DNA of 64,000 nt from Verrucomicrobiota bacterium. GTDB taxonomy: Bacteria > Verrucomicrobiota > Verrucomicrobiia > Limisphaerales > UBA11358. The stretch lies in the NCBI GenBank assembly GCA_050010675.1, contig JBEKKN010000010.1, positions 5,648 through 69,647 of the forward strand, read 5' to 3'. Position 1 is the first letter of the stretch; every line of letters begins with the position of its first letter. A model generated the notes under the pieces. The model was not told the DNA's origin and ran no database searches. It saw only the letters and a program-made list of their open reading frames with translations. Made by a program: the position numbers and the translations under genes. Below are positions 54,773-64,000 of the stretch, piece after piece.

Positions 54773-55951
54773 TCAGTTGAGTTTCAATGCCCGACGCAGG
54801 TCCTTGACCTTGTCGGTTTTTTCCCAGGTGATCGCGGGATCGTTCTTGCCGAAGTGACCGTAATTGGTGGTCCGGGCATAAATCGGCCGGAGCAGATTGA
54901 GTTGCTTGATGATGGCGGCCGGCTTGAAGCTGAATACTTCGCAGACCGCCTTTTCAATGGCCTCATCGCTGACAACGCCCGTGCCGAAGGTGTTCACACA
55001 GACGGAGACCGGGTCGGGATAGCCGATGGCGTAGGCAAACTGGATTTCCGCGCTGGTCGCGAGGCCCGCGGCCACAATGTTCTTGGCCACATAACGGCCC
55101 ATGTAGGCCGCGCTGCGGTCCACCTTCGACGGGTCCTTGCCGCTGAACGCGCCGCCGCCGTGCCGGCCCATGCCGCCGTAGCTGTCCACGATGATTTTAC
55201 GCCCGGTCAATCCGGTGTCGCCCTGCGGTCCGCCGACGACGAACCGGCCGGTCGGATTGATGAGGAACAGCGTCTTCTTGGTGATCAGGCGCTTCGGTAA
55301 AACCTTTTTGATGACTTCTTCGATGCAAAACTCCTCGATGGTTTTATGCTTCACGTCGTGTGCGTGTTGGGTGGAGATGACGACGTTGGTGATCGCCACC
55401 GGCTGATCGTTCACGTAGCGGACGGAGACCTGGCTCTTGGCGTCGGGCCGCAACCACGCGACCTTGCCGCTCTTGCGAATTTTGGTCAGCGCGCGGCCCA
55501 GCTTGTGGGCATACATGATGGGCGCGGGCATCAGTTCGGGCGTTTCCGTCGTCGCGTAACCAAACATCAATCCCTGGTCGCCGGCGCCCTGCTCGGCCTT
55601 CTTCTTGCCGACGGCCTTGCGCGCGTCCACGCCCTGGGCGATGTCCGGCGATTGCGACGTGATGGCGTTCATGATCAACACCTTGTCCGCGTGAAACACG
55701 TCGTCCTCGTGCGTGTAGCCGATGTCGCGAATGGCCTGGCGGGCAATGGCGCTGAAATCGAGCTTGGCCTTGGTCGTGATTTCGCCGCCCACCACGACGA
55801 GGTTGCACTTGGCGTAGGTTTCGCAGGCCACGCGGCTGTGCGGGTCCTGGGACAGGCAGGCGTCCAGCACGTAATCAGAGATGGTGTCGCAAACCTTGTC
55901 CGGATGGCCTTCGCCAACGGACTCAGACGAGAAGATGAAATTTTTACTCAT
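54773..55951 (-). CDS. metK: S-adenosylmethionine synthase
   Basis: [38 protein letters not shown]. Confidence 0.98.
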   Translation of the reverse strand: MSKNFIFSSESVGEGHPDKVCDTISDYVLDACLSQDPHSRVACETYAKCNLVVVGGEITTKAKLDFSAIARQAIRDIGYTHEDDVFHADKVLIMNAITSQSPDIAQGVDARKAVGKKKAEQGAGDQGLMFGYATTETPELMPAPIMYAHKLGRALTKIRKSGKVAWLRPDAKSQVSVRYVNDQPVAITNVVISTQHAHDVKHKTIEEFCIEEVIKKVLPKRLITKKTLFLINPTGRFVVGGPQGDTGLTGRKIIVDSYGGMGRHGGGAFSGKDPSKVDRSAAYMGRYVAKNIVAAGLATSAEIQFAYAIGYPDPVSVCVNTFGTGVVSDEAIEKAVCEVFSFKPAAIIKQLNLLRPIYARTTNYGHFGKNDPAITWEKTDKVKDLRRALKLN

Positions 55952-55975
55952 GGAATAATTGGTTCAAATGTCATA

Positions 55976-56021
55976 TTGACGTATCAGGATAAGATGATAT
56001 ATCAGAATTGAAGCGCGTCAA
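55976..56021. promoter_or_regulatory. Overlapping divergent promoters with SahR-like operator GTATCA-N8-TGATAT (55981-56000)
   Basis: Plus strand TTGACG-N16-TATATC; minus strand TTGACG-N16-TATCAT; the palindrome lies across both promoters. Confidence 0.7.
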
Positions 56022-56058
56022 CACGTTTCTCAAAAAAACCCGGCGTGCTGTGGAAACG

Positions 56059-56992
56059 ATGTCATCGGCACTGAAATCACTTCGGGCCCTGTCCGACCCA
56101 ACGCGCCTGCGCATGGTGGCGCTGCTGGAGCGGGAGGAACTGTCGGTCAATGAGTTGCAGGAGGTCACGCGGCTCGGGCAGTCGCGCATCTCCACGCACT
56201 TGGGCCTGTTGCAGGACGCCGGGCTGCTGCAATCGCGGCGCGAGGGCAAGCGGACGTTCTACAAGTCGAGCCCGCCGGCCGACGGCGCGGCGCGCGAACT
56301 CATCCAGCTGGCGATCCGCGGGGCGAAGGAACTGCCCGAGTACGAGGGCGACCAGATCAATCTCAAGCGCATCCTCGCCCGCCGGCGCGAACAGGCGCAG
56401 GTTTATTTCAACCAGATTGCCGGCCGTTTCGACCGGGTCTATGGCCCGGGCCGTTCATGGCAGGCGTTCGGGCATCTGCTGCTGCGGATTCTGCCGCCGC
56501 TCGTCGTGGCTGATCTGGGCGCGGGCGAAGGCTTGTTGGGCGAACTGCTGGCGCGCCGCTGCAAAAAGGTCATCGCCGTGGACAATTCGGAAAAGATGGT
56601 GGCGTTTGGCGCGGCCAAGGCGAAGAAGAATGGGCTGAAGAATCTGGAATTCCGCCTGGGCGATCTGCAAAACCCGCCGATTGAACCGGGCGGCGTTGAC
56701 CTCGTGATTTTGAGCCAGGCCTTGCATCACGCGGCGGCGCCGGCCCAGGCAATTGCCGCCGCGTACCGGATTCTCCGGCCGCGCGGGCAGATCATGATTC
56801 TGGATTTGCTCAAGCACAACTTCGAGAAGGCACACGATCTGTACGGCGACCGCTGGCCGGGATTTGCCGAGAGTGATTTGCATCGCTGGCTCGAAGACGC
56901 CGGTTTCAAGAAGATCGAGATCAGTGTGGTGGCCGGTGAAGAACAGCCGCCGCACTTCCAGACCATCCTGGCCGGGGCGGAAAAAATTAGCA

Positions 56993-57003
<11 letters not shown>
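56059..57003 (+). CDS. sahR: ArsR-HTH + SAM-binding methyltransferase-domain regulator (SahR-like)
   Basis: [19 protein letters not shown]; DLGAGEG motif I; divergent from metK-ahcY. Confidence 0.8.
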
Positions 57004-60547
<3,544 letters not shown>

Positions 60548-60670
60548 AGAGCGGGGATTTTGCGGAAAGTGAAGCGATGGGGCAATCGCGGAATTGGCGC
60601 AATGCCTTTGACAGGGCGTCCCGGACGGCGTAGATAATCCATTAATCGCTCATCCCAGCATTTTCACGCC

Positions 60671-61576
60671 ATGAAAGTCCGTCCCAATGTGCGGGTCTTC
60701 GCCGCGCCGAAGTGTCGGCGCCCTTCGGGCCCGTGCCCTTGTCCGCGCTGGCGGGGATTGGCGCGAACGCCGGTCGAGGGTTTCACCCTGATTGAATTGC
60801 TGGTGGTGATCGCGATCATCGCCATTCTGGCGGCGATTTTATTGCCGGCGCTGTCATCGGCGCGCGAGCGGGCGCAGGGCCTCATTTGCCTCAACAACAC
60901 GCATCAACTTGCGCTGGCGTGGCAGCTATATGCGGACGATCACAACGGCGAGTTGCCTTATAATCTGGGCATGACGCCGGGAGGCAGCCGGACCAATATC
61001 AATTGGGTCAACAACGTCATGACCTGGGACACGAGTTCCGACAACACCAACCTGGCCACGCTCACCGGGGCGAGCCTGGGGGTTTATGCCCAGGGCGAGA
61101 CGCGCATGTACCGGTGTCCTTCCGACCGCGCGCTCAGTTCGCTGCAATCTGCCGCCGGCTGGAGCGCGCGCATCCGCAGTTATTCCATGAACGCGATGAT
61201 GGGCGACGCCGGTGACTTCACGACCGGCGGATTCAACGTGAACAATCCGGATTACACGCAATTTTTCAAAATCACGCAAATTCTGCGCCCGGCGGGGATT
61301 TTTGTCTTTCTGGACGAACATCCCGACAGCATTGACGACGGCTATTTTGTGAATAAAGCCTATCACTGGCAGTGGCTTGATCTGCCCGCGTCCTATCACA
61401 ATAATGCCGCCGCGTTTTCCTTTGCCGACGGTCACAGCGAACTGCACAGCTGGCTGGAGCCCAGCACCCTCCGTCCGCCCCTGCCGAATGCCGCCGGGCT
61501 GCCGATTTCAATTCCCCATGATGAATGGGCGGACTTCGAATGGGTGATTTCGCACATGAGTGTCGAGAGTCAATGA
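60671..61576 (+). CDS. Prepilin-type N-terminal cleavage/methylation + H-X9-DG domain protein
   Basis: [24 protein letters not shown]; C-terminal [13 protein letters not shown]. Confidence 0.93.
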   Translation: MKVRPNVRVFAAPKCRRPSGPCPCPRWRGLARTPVEGFTLIELLVVIAIIAILAAILLPALSSARERAQGLICLNNTHQLALAWQLYADDHNGELPYNLGMTPGGSRTNINWVNNVMTWDTSSDNTNLATLTGASLGVYAQGETRMYRCPSDRALSSLQSAAGWSARIRSYSMNAMMGDAGDFTTGGFNVNNPDYTQFFKITQILRPAGIFVFLDEHPDSIDDGYFVNKAYHWQWLDLPASYHNNAAAFSFADGHSELHSWLEPSTLRPPLPNAAGLPISIPHDEWADFEWVISHMSVESQ

Positions 61577-61597
61577 CGACACCGGCGTCGCGCCGCC

Positions 61598-62356
61598 TTA
61601 CAAATACCGCCGGAGGGTCTGTTCGTCGCCTTGCGTGCCGAGCAGGTAGAGTTTGTCACCCTGCGTCCACACGGCGGTCATGAGTTGATTGACCCTGGCC
61701 AATCGGGGCGGGCCGGCGGACGGGGTATTTTTGACCGCAGCGCGGTCCACCACGAACAGCCAAAGATCACCCTGTTCGCCCGGGGCCAGGGGTTTGCCGG
61801 TGCTGAAACAGATCATGGAAACCTTCATTCCCTGCCAGCTTTCAATGGCGCAGCCGGTCACGGCAACTTTTTCGAGTGGCGCCGGCAGGACGTAATCCGC
61901 CGGCGCATGATTTTGCCCGAGATAGGCGCGGATTGACCCTGAATTGTTGGTTGCCAAATCCATGACATACGTGCGCAACGCAGTCCCGACCATGCGGTTC
62001 TGGTAAACCGCCAGGGTGTTGTCACTTTTCAGGGATTGCAGCCAGGGGGTGATTAATACAAACGAGACCACCACGGCCGCCGCGATGGCTGCAAGCGCCG
62101 GGAGCCGCCGCCAGTCAAAGTCTTTTCTCCGCGCCGCCTGTTCGGAAATGATTTGCTCCTTCAATCCGGCGGGCACCGGGATCTGCCGGAGCTTCGCGCG
62201 CAAGACCTCCTGTCGGGCACAATGTTCGCCGAACCAGCGCGCCAGCTCCACGTCCCGTTGCGCCAGCGCCAGCGCCTCGGCAATTTGCGGATCAGCATCG
62301 TCCGCCGTACCGGGCCGGTAGAGCAACAAAATGTTTTTGGCTTCGTCGCGATTCAT
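61598..62356 (-). CDS. Putative anti-sigma factor (DUF3379-like)
   Basis: ATGA-coupled to the ECF sigma; N-terminal helical region, single TM, periplasmic domain. Confidence 0.7.
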   Translation of the reverse strand: MNRDEAKNILLLYRPGTADDADPQIAEALALAQRDVELARWFGEHCARQEVLRAKLRQIPVPAGLKEQIISEQAARRKDFDWRRLPALAAIAAAVVVSFVLITPWLQSLKSDNTLAVYQNRMVGTALRTYVMDLATNNSGSIRAYLGQNHAPADYVLPAPLEKVAVTGCAIESWQGMKVSMICFSTGKPLAPGEQGDLWLFVVDRAAVKNTPSAGPPRLARVNQLMTAVWTQGDKLYLLGTQGDEQTLRRYL

Positions 62357-62880
62357 AAATCCGTTCGCGGGGCGGTTGACCCGATGGCACTCCCCCCGGT
62401 CAGCAACTGGTGCAGCCGGTCGAGACCGCGCGCCAGGCGCGATTTGACGGTACCGATTGGCACTTCAAGAATTCCAGCAATTTCAAGATAGGAATAATCC
62501 TGCAGGTAAAAAAGGGCGACCGGCGCCCGGTAAATCTCGTCCAGGTGCGCCAAGGCGGCCAGCACCTGCGCGTTATCCAGTTGATGGAGCGGGGTGGGCG
62601 ACACGACGGGAAGTTCGGCGGCCGCCTGCTCCAGTTCCACGTGCGGAAAGCGAACCTGTTTCCTCCGCGCGCCGAGGAACTCGCGGTGGAGGGTGGTAAA
62701 CAACCATGTTTTCACTTTGGTTTCATCACGCAATTGGTGGCCCTTGGCGGCCCAGATGCAAAACGTCTGTTGGGTAAGATCACAGGCATCGGCCTCGTCG
62801 CGCGTCAGACTGAAGGCAAATTGGTACAACGGCTGGTAATGGCAGGTTACCAGGCCTTCAAAGTCCACGCCGTCAGCCAT
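62353..62880 (-). CDS. ECF RNA polymerase sigma factor
   Basis: LY.FA.SL, DLTQQTF, KTWLF, SY.EIA.IL.VP.GTVKSRL.R. Confidence 0.93.
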   Translation of the reverse strand: MADGVDFEGLVTCHYQPLYQFAFSLTRDEADACDLTQQTFCIWAAKGHQLRDETKVKTWLFTTLHREFLGARRKQVRFPHVELEQAAAELPVVSPTPLHQLDNAQVLAALAHLDEIYRAPVALFYLQDYSYLEIAGILEVPIGTVKSRLARGLDRLHQLLTGGSAIGSTAPRTDL

Positions 62881-63331
62881 ATCGCAGCATCAAGGTTAAG
62901 AGTCGTCAATGTGCCAATTGTTCCCGCCCTTTGGCCACTTTATAACGCTTTCCTGGTTCGTTGACCGGAGGTGATGAGGCAAATACGCATGAAACCGTTC
63001 GCAATGATATCACCCACGGGAACAAGTTGTCCAATCATCCCTCTTAACCGGGAGCATGGTGTCCCTTGGCGCAAAAGCAAACTTGAAAAAGCCGGGTCCA
63101 GAATCGGGGCGTAAGACCAGGGCCGCGGGTTGTCTTTCAGACGGCGGCCTGCCGGATTCGAGCGAATGCCGCCACCGCCGTTCAACCGGCCAAAAAACCC
63201 CGTTTACGGGCGGGGGTCCGGTCGCGCCGGTCGAAAAGAAACGGCAGCTCGTGGTTCAATGGATTGCCCGGTATTGGATTCAGCCGATTGGCAAACCGTA
63301 AAACCGAACAACCAGGAAGTGTATGGATACA

Positions 63332-64000
63332 ATGAAGATTCTTTCCCGATGGGCGGGCATGGCGGTGGGGGCGATGATCTTTGCCCACTCGCCTGCCGGG
63401 ATTGCCGCCACGGTCACCGTGTTTGTTGGCAACACCAACCTCTCGGGTCTTGCCGCCGACGTCTTTGTGCCCCCCAGCACCAATATCAACGTCAACGACA
63501 AGGTGGTATGGGTTTGGGAGGGACTTAATCATTCCTCGACCAGCGGCACCAACGGGGTCCCCAGTGGATTGTGGGATTCGACCATTACCAGCCGACCGCA
63601 TGCCTTTACCAACACCTTCACGGCTCCCGGCAATTTTTCGTATTATTGCCAGGTTCACGTTTCTTTTGGCATGACCGGATTGATCAGTGTGGCGGCGGTT
63701 GACCTGCCGCCAACCGTTTCCATCACCAACCCGGTCAATAACGCCACTTTCAGCGCGCCGGCTTCGTTTACGCTGGCGGCGACCGCTTCCGATCCGGACG
63801 GGACCGTGACCAATGTTCAATTCTTCCAAGGGGCAACGTCACTGGGCAACTTTGCGACGAGTCCCTATTCAATGCCGGTCAACAATCTTGCCGCCGCCGA
63901 TTATACCTTTTCCGCCGTGGCCACGGACAACGGCGGGTTGACCGCCACCAATGCCGTCACCGTTCATGTGGTCACGCCGGTCCCCATCATTCTGAGCGCG
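63332..64000 (+). CDS. Secreted plastocyanin-like cupredoxin + Ig-like domain protein, 3'-partial
   Basis: Frame open to the window end; signal peptide, NH..., YYCQVH...GMTG type-1 Cu ligands, then PPTVSITNP..AATASDPDG.V..VQFF. Confidence 0.85.
   Translation, partial: MKILSRWAGMAVGAMIFAHSPAGIAATVTVFVGNTNLSGLAADVFVPPSTNINVNDKVVWVWEGLNHSSTSGTNGVPSGLWDSTITSRPHAFTNTFTAPGNFSYYCQVHVSFGMTGLISVAAVDLPPTVSITNPVNNATFSAPASFTLAATASDPDGTVTNVQFFQGATSLGNFATSPYSMPVNNLAAADYTFSAVATDNGGLTATNAVTVHVVTPVPIILSA

Noticed and set aside
55952-56058. SAM or SAH riboswitch upstream of metK
   Set aside because: The gap is short and AT-rich, lacks aptamer motifs and is occupied by promoters and an operator.

Overview
GC-rich bacterial chromosomal segment, most consistent with Verrucomicrobiota (Pedosphaera/Limisphaerales-like): it has a PEP-CTERM protein, a prepilin/H-X9-DG protein, secreted proteins with 'TNL..W...FFR' C-terminal tails and Gly-tailed RRM proteins. 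Gene content: a C30 carotenoid tailoring cluster (crtN-like, aldH, crtP-like, crtQ, crtO, no crtM), several secreted glycoside hydrolases (GH2, GH78, GH27, GH26, a frameshifted CBM+GH), prfC, uup, lpxD, infA, thiC with a TPP riboswitch, a MacAB-like ABC exporter, metK-ahcY with a divergent SahR-like regulator, leuS and an ECF sigma/anti-sigma pair. I saw no tRNA, rRNA, CRISPR array or transposase. Three observations stand out. (1) leuS carries at least four in-frame insertions derived from palindromic REP-like or heptamer repeats, two matching intergenic copies in this window, plus AT-rich patches and a 127-aa AT-rich C-terminal extension resembling a PD-(D/E)xK (DUF3883-like) nuclease; thiC and prfC carry similar in-frame palindromes. 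(2) Three dispersed RRM genes share a ~130-nt leader with an invariant 34-nt core and a predicted fold that pairs the ribosome-binding region. (3) Two tiny Lys-rich ORFs near RRM genes share their own promoter and a 24-nt identical leader. Family assignments come from motif recognition only; no database searches were run.
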